47,294 nt of DNA from Opitutales bacterium. Its GTDB lineage: Bacteria; Verrucomicrobiota; Verrucomicrobiia; Opitutales; Coraliomargaritaceae. Made by a program: the position numbers and the translations under genes. The first letter of the stretch is position 1, and the number at the start of each line of letters is the position of its first letter. A model generated the notes under the pieces. That model ran no database searches, was not told where the DNA came from, and was given only the letters and a program-made list of their open reading frames with translations. Shown here piece after piece: positions 20,412-30,995 of this stretch. The stretch covers positions 1 to 47,294 of the forward strand of contig JBMYNR010000010.1 in NCBI GenBank assembly GCA_049598495.1, read 5' to 3'.

Positions 20412-20650
20412 CTTCGCCTTTCAGGCTACGCATGGCACTGCCATGTTAGCGTGAAAGCTGCGAGCATGAGTGCCCTGCGTAGCTCCCAGAGCGAAGCACG
20501 GGCCCAACCACAATTAGCCTTCGCCTTTCAGGCTACGCATGGCACTGCCACGTTAGCGTGAAAGCTGCGAGCATGAGTGCCCTGCGTAGCTCCCAGAGCG
20601 AAGCACGGGCCCAACCACAATTAGCCTTCGCCTTTCAGGCTACGCATGGC
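20412..20650. repeat. 107-bp tandem repeat (2 full copies + 25 bp) built from inverted REP-like pairs
   Basis: Units start at 20412, 20519 and 20626; one substitution between the full copies (CCATG/CCACG). Each unit holds CTTCGCCTTTCAGGCTACGCA and its imperfect inverse TGCGTAGCTCCCAGAGCGAAG. Confidence 0.92.
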
Positions 20651-20661
20651 GCAGGAAAGCT

Positions 20662-21123
20662 CTATACAAGTTGCCGTAGGAGTTCACGGCAACCGTCCTC
20701 GATCATATTCATGACGTGCTCGAATCCCGTATCCCCACCATAATAGGGATCCGGAACCTCCGCTTCACTGTGCTCGGTGCAATAGTCACAGAAGAGCCGG
20801 ATCTTTTTGTGGTACAGACCTTCCGGGTCGAGCGTCTGCGCATCGGAGAGATTGTCGTTGTCCATAGCCAGAATTAGATCGTATTCCCGCAGATCGGACG
20901 CCTTGAGTTGTCTCGATTGGCCGATAACCGGTATGCCGCGAGCGCGCATGACCTCTTGCATCCGCGAGTCCGGCGGTGAGCCGACATGAAAACCGATAGT
21001 ACCGGCGGACTCGATCTCGAATTGGTCAGCCAAACCTGCCTGATCGACCATATGCTGCATCACGCAATGACCGGCCGGTGAGCGACAGATATTGCCCATA
21101 CAGAGAAATAGGATACGATACAT
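20662..21123 (-). CDS. Low-molecular-weight protein-tyrosine phosphatase
   Basis: [13 protein letters not shown] (CX5R), [24 protein letters not shown]. Start at MYRILF. Confidence 0.95.
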   Translation of the reverse strand: MYRILFLCMGNICRSPAGHCVMQHMVDQAGLADQFEIESAGTIGFHVGSPPDSRMQEVMRARGIPVIGQSRQLKASDLREYDLILAMDNDNLSDAQTLDPEGLYHKKIRLFCDYCTEHSEAEVPDPYYGGDTGFEHVMNMIEDGCRELLRQLV

Positions 21124-21181
21124 GATGTTACTGGTTGTGGGTTGTTGGAGGGTGAACATGCCGCGCAACCCAACAACTTTC

Positions 21182-21342
21182 AACATTCAACCATACTGAT
21201 TCTCTTGGATAGGGCGCGCGCGCCGAGCGCGCCGTCTTGCAGGTGCAACCGCTTGCCCATATGACGATTTATCAAAATATGACTTTCTTATGGCGAACGG
21301 CTGTCTCAGCGAGACAGCCCGACCCAAGAACATTCAACCATA
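21182..21342. repeat. Degenerate REPIN-like element bounded by a 14-bp direct repeat
   Basis: AACATTCAACCATA at 21182-21195 and 21329-21342. Inside: ATAGGGCGCGCGCGCCGAGCGCGCCG and the hairpin GGCTGTCTC-agc-GAGACAGCC. Confidence 0.65.
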
Positions 21343-22326
21343 ACCTCCCTCATACTGCTCGGTATGTCGCTTGGCTACCTTTTCGAGGTCCTCGATTTGG
21401 ACGACTTCGCCAAGTGCGCCTCGGATCTTGCGTGATCCTTCCATCCCTTTCGTCAGCGCAATAAACTTCGGACGCATCCAGCGGAGGTCACGGTGTCTTT
21501 GCTCACGAAACGGACGCGCCATAATCTTGCGGGTGTAATCGATAATTGTGGCCCAACGCTCGGCGATGCTTGGCGGTTCAGGCACCTCACCGTGAGCCAG
21601 ATAGTGTTTAATATCTCGAAAGATCCAAGGATAGCCCAAAGCGGCTCGCCCAATCATGAGGCCTGCGCACTTGGTTTGCCGGCGAATACGAATGACGTCG
21701 TCCGCACTGGCGATATTGCCATTACCAATCACAGGAATCGTCAACTCCTCGGCCACTTCAGCGATCACTGGCCAGTTCGCATCCCCGCGATAGCCCTGCA
21801 CTTTGGTTCGACCGTGAACCGCGAGTGCCTGCGCGCCCTCCCCCTCAACAATATGGCCGATCTCTTTAGCTACGATGCTGTCGTCGTCCCACCCGATGCG
21901 AATCTTGACCGTGACCGGTGTTTCCGGAACGGCCTTGACCACTGCAGATGTGACTTCACCGAGTCGCTTGGGATGACGCAACATCGAGGAACCGGCATCC
22001 ATGCAAATGACACGGTCTGCCGGGCAACCGAAGTTAATATCAATAAAGTCCGGTTTCAAGCGATCGGTCAGCATGCGAGCGGCAGAACCCATTGTCGCAG
22101 GGTTCGATCCGAATATCTGCACACCCATGGGTCGCTGCGCTTCAGTAAAGTCGACCGTCTCCCAGAGCTTCGGATCCTCTCGAGTCAAGGCATCTGCCTG
22201 AACAAACTCCGTCACCATCACGTCTGCGCCCTGCTCTTTACAGAACTCACGAAAAACGATGTCTGTAAATCGGGCCATCGGCGCGAGATACAACGGAAAT
22301 TGACCGTCTTTAAACCAGGGTAGCAT
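21334..22326 (-). CDS. dusB: tRNA-dihydrouridine synthase (DusB-like)
   Basis: [56 protein letters not shown]. Confidence 0.88.
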   Translation of the reverse strand: MLPWFKDGQFPLYLAPMARFTDIVFREFCKEQGADVMVTEFVQADALTREDPKLWETVDFTEAQRPMGVQIFGSNPATMGSAARMLTDRLKPDFIDINFGCPADRVICMDAGSSMLRHPKRLGEVTSAVVKAVPETPVTVKIRIGWDDDSIVAKEIGHIVEGEGAQALAVHGRTKVQGYRGDANWPVIAEVAEELTIPVIGNGNIASADDVIRIRRQTKCAGLMIGRAALGYPWIFRDIKHYLAHGEVPEPPSIAERWATIIDYTRKIMARPFREQRHRDLRWMRPKFIALTKGMEGSRKIRGALGEVVQIEDLEKVAKRHTEQYEGGYG

Positions 22327-22338
22327 ATATAGTAATCG

Positions 22339-22572
22339 CTAGACCGAGTAATTTTTAAGAAGCACCTTTACCTTCCGGCGTAGGGTAACAGGAATCGAAT
22401 TGTCCTCGGAGACATCCACCAACTCCTTGATCAGCCGCTTCGAAGGTAGAAGATCGAGAATAAAAGTCTCTTCAAGCGATTCACCCAAGCGCACAATCGC
22501 CCGCTCCTTCGATTTTAAGTCTGCCCCCTTTGAGCGGATTAGATTGATTAAGTCATTTTCCTCCGACGTCAT
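22339..22572 (-). CDS. Small hypothetical protein
   Basis: 77-aa ORF, co-oriented with dus and ending 12 nt upstream of it; no family recognised. Confidence 0.6.
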   Translation of the reverse strand: MTSEENDLINLIRSKGADLKSKERAIVRLGESLEETFILDLLPSKRLIKELVDVSEDNSIPVTLRRKVKVLLKNYSV

Positions 22573-22613
22573 GGCACCTAGATAACTTTTGTCCGAGTCT
22601 TGTAACGAATAAA

Positions 22614-23729
22614 ATGCCCGCGATCATCCGTATACTGTTTTTCCTTTTGCTGACACATGTATTCTTCGTCGCTCAGGCAGATGAGGCCGTGCCCGAATAC
22701 GCGAAAAACTTCAGTATCACTGAATACCCCACCTTCAAACTGTTGACGGTTCGCAATGCCTACCGGGATGCTTCAGGGGAATTCAAATACGCGCTCGTGC
22801 CTAAGGACGCCTCTCTCCCCGAAGATCTACCAAAGGATGTCGTCCTCATCCGGACACCGGTGGAGCGCGTCGCCTTGATGGAGACGGTTTACATCGGCCA
22901 CCTCGACGCTATTAATCGACTTGAGAGTATTCACGCGACCGCCACCGCTCGGTATATCAGCCACCCGAAAGTCGTCGCGCGAATCGCCTCGGGAAATGTC
23001 CGCAAGCTTCAATCCGGTCAGGAACTCGATATTGAGCAACTCCTGCTATTGCAACCCGATGCGATTTTCACCACCACCCTGGGCAAGGGAGCATTTCAGT
23101 TTTCACCCGAAATTGAACGGGCGGGACTGCCTCTTGTTGTCACGGCCGATTACATGGAACGACACCCACTCGCACGCACCGAGTGGATCAAGTTCATTGC
23201 CGCGTTTTATCACGCCGATGCGGAAGCCACCAAACTCTTCGATCAAATTCGTTCCGAATACATACGATTGAAAGGAATGACCGAAAGCATCACAGACCCA
23301 CCGAGGGTATTCTGCGGGGCCCCTTACTCTGGAGTCTGGCATGTCCCCGGGGGCGGTAGCTATATTGCACAGCTTATTCTTGATGCAGGCGGCGACTACG
23401 AATGGTCAGAGGACTGTAGCCAGGGCAGTATACCGCTCGATACGGAGCGGGTATTTTTGAAGGCAGCAGACGCCGATTACTGGATTAATCCGAGCCACTA
23501 CCGAAGCCTAGACGAGTTGCTAAGCGCAGATTCGCGTTTCGCCAAGTTTCAGGCCGTGCAACGCAGGCAAGTCTTTAACAACACAAAACAAGAAGGACCG
23601 AGCGGCGGGAACAACATTTGGGAAGCAGGCATCATGCAACCCGAGGTTATATTGGCAGACATGATACAAATCTTTCACCCCGCACGACTACCCGAACGTG
23701 AACTGGTCTACCACATGCCACTTAGGTAA
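22614..23729 (+). CDS. Periplasmic substrate-binding protein, Fe-siderophore/cobalamin ABC family
   Basis: Signal peptide, YAKNFSI, PVERV, DIEQLLLLQPD, E.HPLARTEWIKF, W..PGG.SY, P.VILAD...IFHP. Confidence 0.85.
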   Translation: MPAIIRILFFLLLTHVFFVAQADEAVPEYAKNFSITEYPTFKLLTVRNAYRDASGEFKYALVPKDASLPEDLPKDVVLIRTPVERVALMETVYIGHLDAINRLESIHATATARYISHPKVVARIASGNVRKLQSGQELDIEQLLLLQPDAIFTTTLGKGAFQFSPEIERAGLPLVVTADYMERHPLARTEWIKFIAAFYHADAEATKLFDQIRSEYIRLKGMTESITDPPRVFCGAPYSGVWHVPGGGSYIAQLILDAGGDYEWSEDCSQGSIPLDTERVFLKAADADYWINPSHYRSLDELLSADSRFAKFQAVQRRQVFNNTKQEGPSGGNNIWEAGIMQPEVILADMIQIFHPARLPERELVYHMPLR

Positions 23730-23797
23730 GCTTACGTCCTTACAGATTTCACTGTTTGAATTTGCCCAAAAACTGAATTTTCAAGATCAATATTAAG

Positions 23798-24982
23798 ATG
23801 CAATACCGTCGCTTCGGCAGAACTGAAATTCAAATGCCCGTATTCTCCTGCGGGGGCATGCGCTACCAACAAGCATGGAAGGATATTCCTCCGGAAGAGG
23901 TGCCTGCAAAAAACCAGGAGAACCTAGAAGCGACCATTCGGCGTGCACTGGACCTAGGTATCAATCACATTGAAACGGCACGCGGCTACGGGTCCTCGGA
24001 GATGCAACTCGGCTGGCTACTCCCCAAGCTTCCCCGCGAAAAGATGATTGTACAGACCAAGGTTGGCCCAACGAAGGACCCCGATGAATTCGAAGCGACA
24101 CTGGAAAAATCCCTGGCCTACTTGAATCTCGAATATGTCGATCTCTTCTCGATGCACGGCATCAACAACGAGGAGGTGCTGGATTGGGCGATCCGCGATG
24201 GCGGTTGTATGGAGGTAGCACGCCGCTTTCAGAAAGAGGGCCGCATCCGACATATTGGTTTCAGCACGCATGCACGCCCAAGTACGATTGTAAAAGCTAT
24301 CGAGACCGATCTCTTCGACTATGTAAACCTGCACTGGTATTACATCTATCAGGAGAACGGCCCCGCGTTGGAAGCAGCGACACGGCACGACATGGGCGTT
24401 TTCATCATCAGCCCAAACGATAAAGGGGGTATGCTCTATCAGCCGTCCGAGAAACTGGCCGAACTCTGCGCGCCACTCTCCCCGATGGCCTTCAATGATC
24501 TTTTCTGTCTAATGCGCCCTGATATCCACACCCTGAGCCTCGGCGCCAGCTGTCCGGAGGATTTCGATGAACATGTGGCCACTTTAAACCGCTTCGACGA
24601 ACTCGCTGAGGCCATCCCTGGAATTGAAAAGCGTCTACGCGCGGCCGCAGTGGAGGCCGTCGGCGAAGAATGGCTTGATCACATGCTCGATGGCGTTCCG
24701 CATTGGGATGCCATCCCCGGGAATGTGAACCTGCGGGTCATTCTACGTCTTTGGACACTGGCCAAGTGTTTCGATCTCGTCGAATATGGTAAGCTTCGCT
24801 ACAATCTTCTGGGTAACGCGGGCCACTACTTTCCGGGGGAGAACGCAACAAAAGCTGACCTGGAGGCCATTCGCCCCCGCTTGGGAAACAGCCGTTTCCC
24901 CGAACTCATTCCCACCCGAATTAAAGAAACGCACGAGCTGCTCAAAGGCGCGGAGCAAAAACGCCTCTCGGAGTCGGATTGA
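23798..24982 (+). CDS. Aldo/keto reductase family oxidoreductase
   Basis: MQYRRFGRT, GGMR, GINHIETARGYG.SE, IVQTK, SL..L...YVDL...H, G.IRHIGFSTH. Confidence 0.9.
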   Translation: MQYRRFGRTEIQMPVFSCGGMRYQQAWKDIPPEEVPAKNQENLEATIRRALDLGINHIETARGYGSSEMQLGWLLPKLPREKMIVQTKVGPTKDPDEFEATLEKSLAYLNLEYVDLFSMHGINNEEVLDWAIRDGGCMEVARRFQKEGRIRHIGFSTHARPSTIVKAIETDLFDYVNLHWYYIYQENGPALEAATRHDMGVFIISPNDKGGMLYQPSEKLAELCAPLSPMAFNDLFCLMRPDIHTLSLGASCPEDFDEHVATLNRFDELAEAIPGIEKRLRAAAVEAVGEEWLDHMLDGVPHWDAIPGNVNLRVILRLWTLAKCFDLVEYGKLRYNLLGNAGHYFPGENATKADLEAIRPRLGNSRFPELIPTRIKETHELLKGAEQKRLSESD

Positions 24983-25069
24983 ACCCAGCCAAAGCCGGGG
25001 CTTTGATTTGAGGCCTTGTTTACTTTTTTCTGGCACCACAAGAAACGCTCCGCTTTGCTTGCCCGCTCT

Positions 25070-26734
25070 ATGTCAGATACCGCAGAAACCTCGACTGATT
25101 TCATCCGCCAAATGGTGGCTGCCGACGTGGCAGCAGGCAAGCACGCCGGCCGTGTGCAGACGCGCTTTCCTCCAGAACCAAATGGATATCTCCAAATTGG
25201 GCATGCCAAGGCAATCTGCCTGAATTTTGAGATCGCGAAGGAATTCGGGGGGCTTTGCAACCTACGGTTTGATGACACCAACCCTGAAAAAGAAAGTGAC
25301 GAATTCGTTCAGGCCATCCAAGAAGACATCCGCTGGCTGGGCTACGATTGGGCAAAGATTTGCTTTGCGAGTGACTATTTCGAACAACTCTTCGCCTGGG
25401 CCTGTAAGCTGATCGAATCAGGCGATGCCTATGTGGATGAGTTGAGCTTCGATGAAATACGTGAGCATCGAGGCACTCTCACAGAAGCGGGTAAAAATAG
25501 CCCTTACCGCGACCGACCTGCGGACGAAAGCTTGGATATATTCAAGCGCATGCGTGCGGGCGAGTTTGAGGACGGTGCCAAGGTACTTCGGGCGAAGATC
25601 GACATGGCCCACCCCAACATGAACATGAGGGACCCCGTCATGTATCGTATCAAACGGATGCACCACCACCGCGTGGGCGATGCCTGGCCGATCTACCCCA
25701 GCTACGACTTCACCCATGGCCAGAGCGACTCGATTGAAGAAGTGACACACTCTCTTTGCTCACTTGAATTCGAAGATCATCGACCGCTCTATGACTGGTT
25801 CATCGAAAAACTGGGCATTTTCCCGTCCAAGCAGACAGAGTTCGCTCGGCTCAACCTAAGCTACACGGTCGTTAGTAAAAGGAAACTTCGCGCACTTGTC
25901 GAAGAAGGGCACGTGGAGAGCTGGGATGATCCGCGTATGCCGACTCTTTCAGGAATGCGACGGCGCGGCTACCCGCCCGCTGCGATTCGAAGCTTCTGCG
26001 CCACGGTCGGCATCACGAAAACCCCATCGACCAGCGATATTGCCCTTTTGGAACACGCCGTCCGTCAAGAGTTGAACCGCACTGCGAGTCGCCGCATGGC
26101 GGTTATGAATCCGCTCGAAATTGAATTGACTAATTGGCCAAGTGACAGGGTGCTCGAAGTTGACGCTATCAACAATCCCGAAGACGAATCGGCGGGCACC
26201 CGAAAGGTCCCCTTTACGAAGCGACTTTTTATCGAACAGGAGGATTTTCGGGAAGAGGCCAATAAGAAATTTTTTCGGCTTAAAAAGGGAGGTGAAGTTC
26301 GGCTCCGTGGCGCCTACATCATTCGGTGTGACGACTGCGAAAAGGACGCGGCCGGCAATATAACCAAACTTTTCTGTTCTGTGGACTTCGATACCCTCAA
26401 CAAGAACCCCGAAGATCGAAAAGTGAAAGGCGTGATCCACTGGGTCAGCGTCGATCATGCAATCAAAGCCAAGGTTCGCCTTTACGACCGTCTCTTCAGT
26501 GTCGAGAAACCTGACGCCGACAAGGAACATATATTTACCGATTTTATAAATCCTGAATCGTCAACCGAGATGAGCGCGTATGTTGAACCCAGTCTCGCCA
26601 CCTTACCGATCGGCGCCACTTGTCAGTTTGAAAGGATCGGTTATTTCTGCCTGGACTCAAAGAATAGCCGTCCGGATGCACTCATTTTTAACCGCACCGT
26701 CGCTCTCCGTGATTCATGGGTGAAAAAGGGATAG
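25070..26734 (+). CDS. glnS: Glutamine--tRNA ligase
   Basis: [69 protein letters not shown]. Start at MSDTAE. Confidence 0.96.
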   Translation: MSDTAETSTDFIRQMVAADVAAGKHAGRVQTRFPPEPNGYLQIGHAKAICLNFEIAKEFGGLCNLRFDDTNPEKESDEFVQAIQEDIRWLGYDWAKICFASDYFEQLFAWACKLIESGDAYVDELSFDEIREHRGTLTEAGKNSPYRDRPADESLDIFKRMRAGEFEDGAKVLRAKIDMAHPNMNMRDPVMYRIKRMHHHRVGDAWPIYPSYDFTHGQSDSIEEVTHSLCSLEFEDHRPLYDWFIEKLGIFPSKQTEFARLNLSYTVVSKRKLRALVEEGHVESWDDPRMPTLSGMRRRGYPPAAIRSFCATVGITKTPSTSDIALLEHAVRQELNRTASRRMAVMNPLEIELTNWPSDRVLEVDAINNPEDESAGTRKVPFTKRLFIEQEDFREEANKKFFRLKKGGEVRLRGAYIIRCDDCEKDAAGNITKLFCSVDFDTLNKNPEDRKVKGVIHWVSVDHAIKAKVRLYDRLFSVEKPDADKEHIFTDFINPESSTEMSAYVEPSLATLPIGATCQFERIGYFCLDSKNSRPDALIFNRTVALRDSWVKKG

Positions 26735-26739
26735 TTTAT

Positions 26740-27894
26740 ATGAATACCCTTACTCTGGAACTTTTTGAAAAACAGTTTAACCGTCAGCCAACCCAGCTGG
26801 CCTTTGCCCCTGGTCGGATCGAGTTCATCGGCAACCACACCGACTACAATGGCGGCCTTGTCATGGGTGCCGCTGTTACAGAAGGTATTACGGTAGGAGT
26901 GAGTCCGCGTAATGACGGGAAGATCTGCATCGTGACCGATGCCGGATCCCCTGCCGTTGAGATTCCAGTAGGTAATTTTGCTCCGCTAAAAGGACCCGAT
27001 TCATGGACCAATTATCCGATAGGTGTCACAAAAGTCATGCAGGAAGCGGGGATGCAACTGATCAGCGGCTTCAATATGGCCGTAACGAGCACGTTACCAG
27101 CTGGTGCAGGCATGAGCAGTAGCGCAGCCTTCGAACTAGCGACCGCTAAAGCACTCGCTGCTCTCTTTGGCTTTGAAACCGACACGAAAGGATTCGCCCG
27201 ACTTGGCCGCAAAGCTGAGAACGAATTCGTTGGTATGCCCTGTGGTATCCTCGATCAGGGCGTGTCTGCATTTGGCCAGGCCGATCACCTCGTTAAGATT
27301 GACTGTGCGACGGAGACTTTCGCGACAGAGCCGATGCCAAAGGGAGCCCGCTTCTGGATTTTCAATTCAAATAAACAGCATGCTCTTGTAGACTCCGCCT
27401 ACGCGGATCGTCATCGTGAATGCCAAGAGGCCCTGACTCAGCTACAAGCCGACTACCCTGAAGCCAGCACCTTATCTCATATCAGCGTCGACCAACTAGA
27501 GGCCTCCAAAGACAAGATGGAACCACTCCTCTATCACCGAGCTGCTCATATCATCGGTGAAAATGCCCGTGTCCTGGCCGTCGAGGCTGCACTCAAAGAC
27601 AACAACCTCCATGCAGTCGGAGAAGCATTGAATGCTTCGCACGAGAGCTCGCGAGTGAATTTTGAAAACAGTATCCCGCAGCTGGATACCATTGTAAACA
27701 TCCTCAAGGAGCAGCCGCACGTTTATGGTGCGCGCCTTATAGGCGGTGGCTTTGGCGGAGCTGTCATGGCACTGACCGACGGCGACTTCCAGCATGCAGA
27801 CGCAGACATTGTTGCCGCTGAATACGAAGCGACACATGGCCTCCATCCATCGATCATCCAAACTCGCGCAGGTGGAGGCGCCCGTCTACTCTAA
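26740..27894 (+). CDS. galK: Galactokinase
   Basis: APGRIEFIGNHTDYNGG, PAGAGMSSSAA, AENEFVGMPCGILDQ, GARLIGGGFGG. Confidence 0.93.
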   Translation: MNTLTLELFEKQFNRQPTQLAFAPGRIEFIGNHTDYNGGLVMGAAVTEGITVGVSPRNDGKICIVTDAGSPAVEIPVGNFAPLKGPDSWTNYPIGVTKVMQEAGMQLISGFNMAVTSTLPAGAGMSSSAAFELATAKALAALFGFETDTKGFARLGRKAENEFVGMPCGILDQGVSAFGQADHLVKIDCATETFATEPMPKGARFWIFNSNKQHALVDSAYADRHRECQEALTQLQADYPEASTLSHISVDQLEASKDKMEPLLYHRAAHIIGENARVLAVEAALKDNNLHAVGEALNASHESSRVNFENSIPQLDTIVNILKEQPHVYGARLIGGGFGGAVMALTDGDFQHADADIVAAEYEATHGLHPSIIQTRAGGGARLL

Positions 27895-27922
27895 CGACTG
27901 AAACCTCGATCCTTCGGAACAA

Positions 27923-28585
27923 CTAGGCGCGAACCTGTATCTTGGCAGCAGCTCCGAATCCCAGAGCGAGCGTTCGCTCTCCCTTAACAAGCTCGATACG
28001 AACCGATTCGGCGCTAGCGCTGCGCGAGGTCACACAAAGTGGCACACCAGGGTTGAGGCCCGCCTCCGAAATATAGTTCAAAAAGTCCGTATCCTGATCG
28101 CTGATTCGGGCGACCTTCACGACCGTTTTGAGTGGACACTCTATAAGCGTCTGCATCTGAGCGGCATCCAGAACGCCTGCCGCGGTCGGGATAGGATCAC
28201 CGTGGGGGTCTTCTGTAGGATGGCCGAGATAGCGGTCGATGCGCTCCAGAAGTAGATCGGAGACCACGTGCTCCAACTGCTCTGCCTCGTCGTGAACCTC
28301 TGACCAATCAAAGCCTAAGACCTTCACGAGAAATTGCTCGATTAAGCGATGTCGCCGCAAAACGTGCAGAGCAAGCCTTCGCCCTGGCTCTGTTAATTCA
28401 ACACCAACCCTCGGCGCATAACAAACTAAGCCGGCGTCAGAAAGTGCCTTTACCATCGTGGTTGCCGTTCCCGGAACCACTCCGAGTGCCTCAGCCACTT
28501 GCCCCATCGGCACCTGCTCGGTCGAGTTCTCCTCCGAGACGAGGTAAATGTGTTTAATGTAATCTTCGACGGTAGCACTCGGCAT
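27923..28585 (-). CDS. DtxR/MntR-family metal-dependent repressor with FeoA domain
   Basis: EDYIKHIY, HTH, RRHRLIEQFL, VHDEAEQLEH, P..DPHGDPIP, C-terminal SH3-like GLNPG. Confidence 0.93.
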   Translation of the reverse strand: MPSATVEDYIKHIYLVSEENSTEQVPMGQVAEALGVVPGTATTMVKALSDAGLVCYAPRVGVELTEPGRRLALHVLRRHRLIEQFLVKVLGFDWSEVHDEAEQLEHVVSDLLLERIDRYLGHPTEDPHGDPIPTAAGVLDAAQMQTLIECPLKTVVKVARISDQDTDFLNYISEAGLNPGVPLCVTSRSASAESVRIELVKGERTLALGFGAAAKIQVRA

Positions 28586-28630
28586 GGCGACATAAGGATC
28601 AGCACTGTCGTCATGAAGGCCAAGGATATT

Positions 28631-28649
28631 TTTTAACGTCGCCTAAATT
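28631..28649. promoter_or_regulatory. Putative DtxR/MntR-type operator
   Basis: TTTTAA-cgtcgc-CTAAATT, a one-mismatch TTAG-N6-CTAA palindrome with AT-rich flanks, about 45 nt upstream of the regulator start. Confidence 0.4.
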
Positions 28650-28703
28650 GGATGGACTTCTTTCTTGTTGGCTCATTCAGGATACGGATTCATAAATCAA
28701 AAT

Positions 28704-29540
28704 ATGAGAGCCTTTCGACACTACGCGCTCGTCGCATTGATACTATACAACCCACTACTTTTTGCCAAGACCGCGGACCTGGCTAGCGCGCGCCTGCTAG
28801 ATATCGCCGAAAGAGAGGCCAGGATTTACCAGAAAATCGCCAACGATCCCGAATTCTACAGTGCGGACGACCTAGATCGCCGGATCAATGAACTGGTGCA
28901 ATCATATCGCACCTACCTTGCCGATCAACCCGACGACGCCAACGCATACATTCTCTACGGGAAGCTGCTTCGCCGCGTCGAGCAATATGATCAGGCATTC
29001 ACGGCCTTCCTCAAGGCAGATGAACTCGACCCCGAACTCGCCGTCGTCAAACAACAGATTGGCACCCACCTAGCGGAGCAAGGGCAGGGCAAATCCGCCC
29101 TCACATTCTATCTGCGCGCGGTTGAGCTTGAGCCAGAGACTGCCGTCTACCATTTCGCACTCGGGCAACTCTTATATAATTTCCGGGAAGAGTTCATCGA
29201 CGACGCACTTTTCTCTTTGGACGCACTCGAGCGCGAAATGCTAAAAGCCTTCCGCAAAGCGGCTGCACTGAAGCCAGAGAACTTTGATTTTCAGATGCGC
29301 GCCGGAGAAGCCTATTACGACCTAAGCAGTCCCGACTGGAAGGCCGCGTTGGCTCACTGGAATAAACTCCGCAAGCGAGCCTCCACCAACCTACAAATAG
29401 AGATTTTGGACCTCCACCGTGCGCGTGTGCTCGGAAAATTGGGACACAGAGAGAAAGCGATTGCTCTGACCAACCAAGTCCTCAATCCCGCACTTCAAAT
29501 GTCGAAGCGACAGGTGCTGGATGAGATCACGCAGCTGTAG
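28704..29540 (+). CDS. Exported tetratricopeptide-repeat protein
   Basis: Signal-like N-terminus; repeats such as AYILYGKLL...YDQAFTAFLKADELDP and A..FYLRAVELEP..AVYHFALG. Start uncertain (28665 or 28704). Confidence 0.82.
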   Translation: MRAFRHYALVALILYNPLLFAKTADLASARLLDIAEREARIYQKIANDPEFYSADDLDRRINELVQSYRTYLADQPDDANAYILYGKLLRRVEQYDQAFTAFLKADELDPELAVVKQQIGTHLAEQGQGKSALTFYLRAVELEPETAVYHFALGQLLYNFREEFIDDALFSLDALEREMLKAFRKAAALKPENFDFQMRAGEAYYDLSSPDWKAALAHWNKLRKRASTNLQIEILDLHRARVLGKLGHREKAIALTNQVLNPALQMSKRQVLDEITQL

Positions 29541-29620
29541 TCGATATCCGCAGAACCGGAACCCATACCTTTCGAATTGCACCCACTTTCCTAAGTTTTT
29601 AAACATTAAACAGTCGTCCT

Positions 29621-30061
29621 ATGAACACTGATAATCACAACTTGCCTGAAAACAAAGCATCCGCTCAAGACGAGAAAATCGTCAAGGAAAGTAGTGAACC
29701 TGCTGCCGAACCGCGGGCAAACAAGGCTGGTAGCTACACCATGGGGATACTCTGCCATCTTCTGAGTTTTTGTATTTATCTCTTTCCTTTCGGCAACCTA
29801 GTCGGCCCTCTTTTCCTTTGGTTGGTCAAGAAGGATGAAGACAGTTTCGTCTATGAATCAGGGAAGGAAGTTCTCAACTTTCAAATTTCACTCACCCTCT
29901 ACGCGTTTATCTCCGTATTACTGATTTTTGCATTCGGACTTGGAATCCTACTCCTTGTTATTTTGGGCCTCAGTTCGATTCTATTCACTATCATCGGCGC
30001 GATCAAAGCAAGTGAGGGCACGGTCTACCGGTACCCGTTGTCGATTCGCTTTATCAAATAA
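29621..30061 (+). CDS. DUF4870-family membrane protein
   Basis: LCHL, GPL..WL.KK, GKEVLNFQIS, IIGAIKA..G..YRYP.SIRFIK. Confidence 0.9.
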   Translation: MNTDNHNLPENKASAQDEKIVKESSEPAAEPRANKAGSYTMGILCHLLSFCIYLFPFGNLVGPLFLWLVKKDEDSFVYESGKEVLNFQISLTLYAFISVLLIFAFGLGILLLVILGLSSILFTIIGAIKASEGTVYRYPLSIRFIK

Positions 30062-30075
30062 GAAGCTTCTAGCGC

Positions 30076-30942
30076 GTGGCCCTCCTAAACGATCAACTTG
30101 TTTATTCTCTTTCCGATCTATCCGGCGAGACAGCCAGTCTTGTCTCCGCAGAGGTCAATCATCGCGGATTCAGAGGTCAATTGAAACCCTCGCTACGAAG
30201 CCTCGCCCATAAACTACTCCCACTTGCTGCCTGTTTCTCAAAAGCACCGATTTCTGGAATTCATGTGGGGGCGATTGCGGTTGGCCAGTCGGGGCATCTC
30301 TATTTAGGTGCCAATCTTGAGTTCGAGGGCATTCCGCTCAATGCCACGCTTCATGCGGAACAATCAGCCATACTGAACGCCCGGAATCACGGAGAAACGG
30401 AAATCACGGAAATCCATATCTCTGAGAGCCCATGTGGCCATTGTCGGCAGTTCATGCGGGAGCTTTCCAATGCCTCCGAGCTTAAGATATCCATCAAAGG
30501 TAATATTCATTCTCTGGATAATCTCTTACCAAACGCATTTGCGAAAACTCCTGTCCAAGGCTCAGGGATTCTTGATGCCAACCCTACCCGATTGAGCCCC
30601 ATCAAGCCCGAACCGGACGCCCTAAAGATGCAGGCAATTAAGGCGGCTAGCTTAAGTTTTGCTCCTTACAGTCAATGCCCCGAAGGCTTCGTAATAGAAT
30701 GCATCGACGGAGGGTCCTTCACTGGAAGTGCCGTCGAGTCCGTTGCCTTCAATCCCAGTGTGCCACCTGTGCTTGTTGCGCTAAATCAACGGAACCTTTC
30801 TTCAAGCAGAGACGCCGCGATCACCGCCTGTGCCCAGGCTAAACTTGCGACCACTCTCAACAACTCACTACCGATCGCGAAGGCCGTATTGCGCTCCCTG
30901 ACAGACACCCATGTGAATGTTGTCTTAATGGAGTGCCTGTGA
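30076..30942 (+). CDS. cdd: Cytidine deaminase (two-domain, E. coli-type)
   Basis: APIS...VGA, GANLE, HAEQSA, PCGHCRQF..EL; second domain S.APYS...G..VES.AFNPS; GTG start. Confidence 0.88.
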   Translation: MALLNDQLVYSLSDLSGETASLVSAEVNHRGFRGQLKPSLRSLAHKLLPLAACFSKAPISGIHVGAIAVGQSGHLYLGANLEFEGIPLNATLHAEQSAILNARNHGETEITEIHISESPCGHCRQFMRELSNASELKISIKGNIHSLDNLLPNAFAKTPVQGSGILDANPTRLSPIKPEPDALKMQAIKAASLSFAPYSQCPEGFVIECIDGGSFTGSAVESVAFNPSVPPVLVALNQRNLSSSRDAAITACAQAKLATTLNNSLPIAKAVLRSLTDTHVNVVLMECL

Positions 30943-30995
30943 TAATTCTGATTATGTGGTATGAATCGCATCAAACCGAAACACTGGCCACCCCA

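Noticed and set aside
20412..20650. Possible CRISPR array
   Set aside because: The sequence between recurring motifs is identical from unit to unit (true tandem duplication, no unique spacers), and there are no cas genes in the window
22573..22613. Cobalamin riboswitch ahead of the substrate-binding protein gene
   Set aside because: Only 41 bp lie between the divergent genes, and no B12-box is visible
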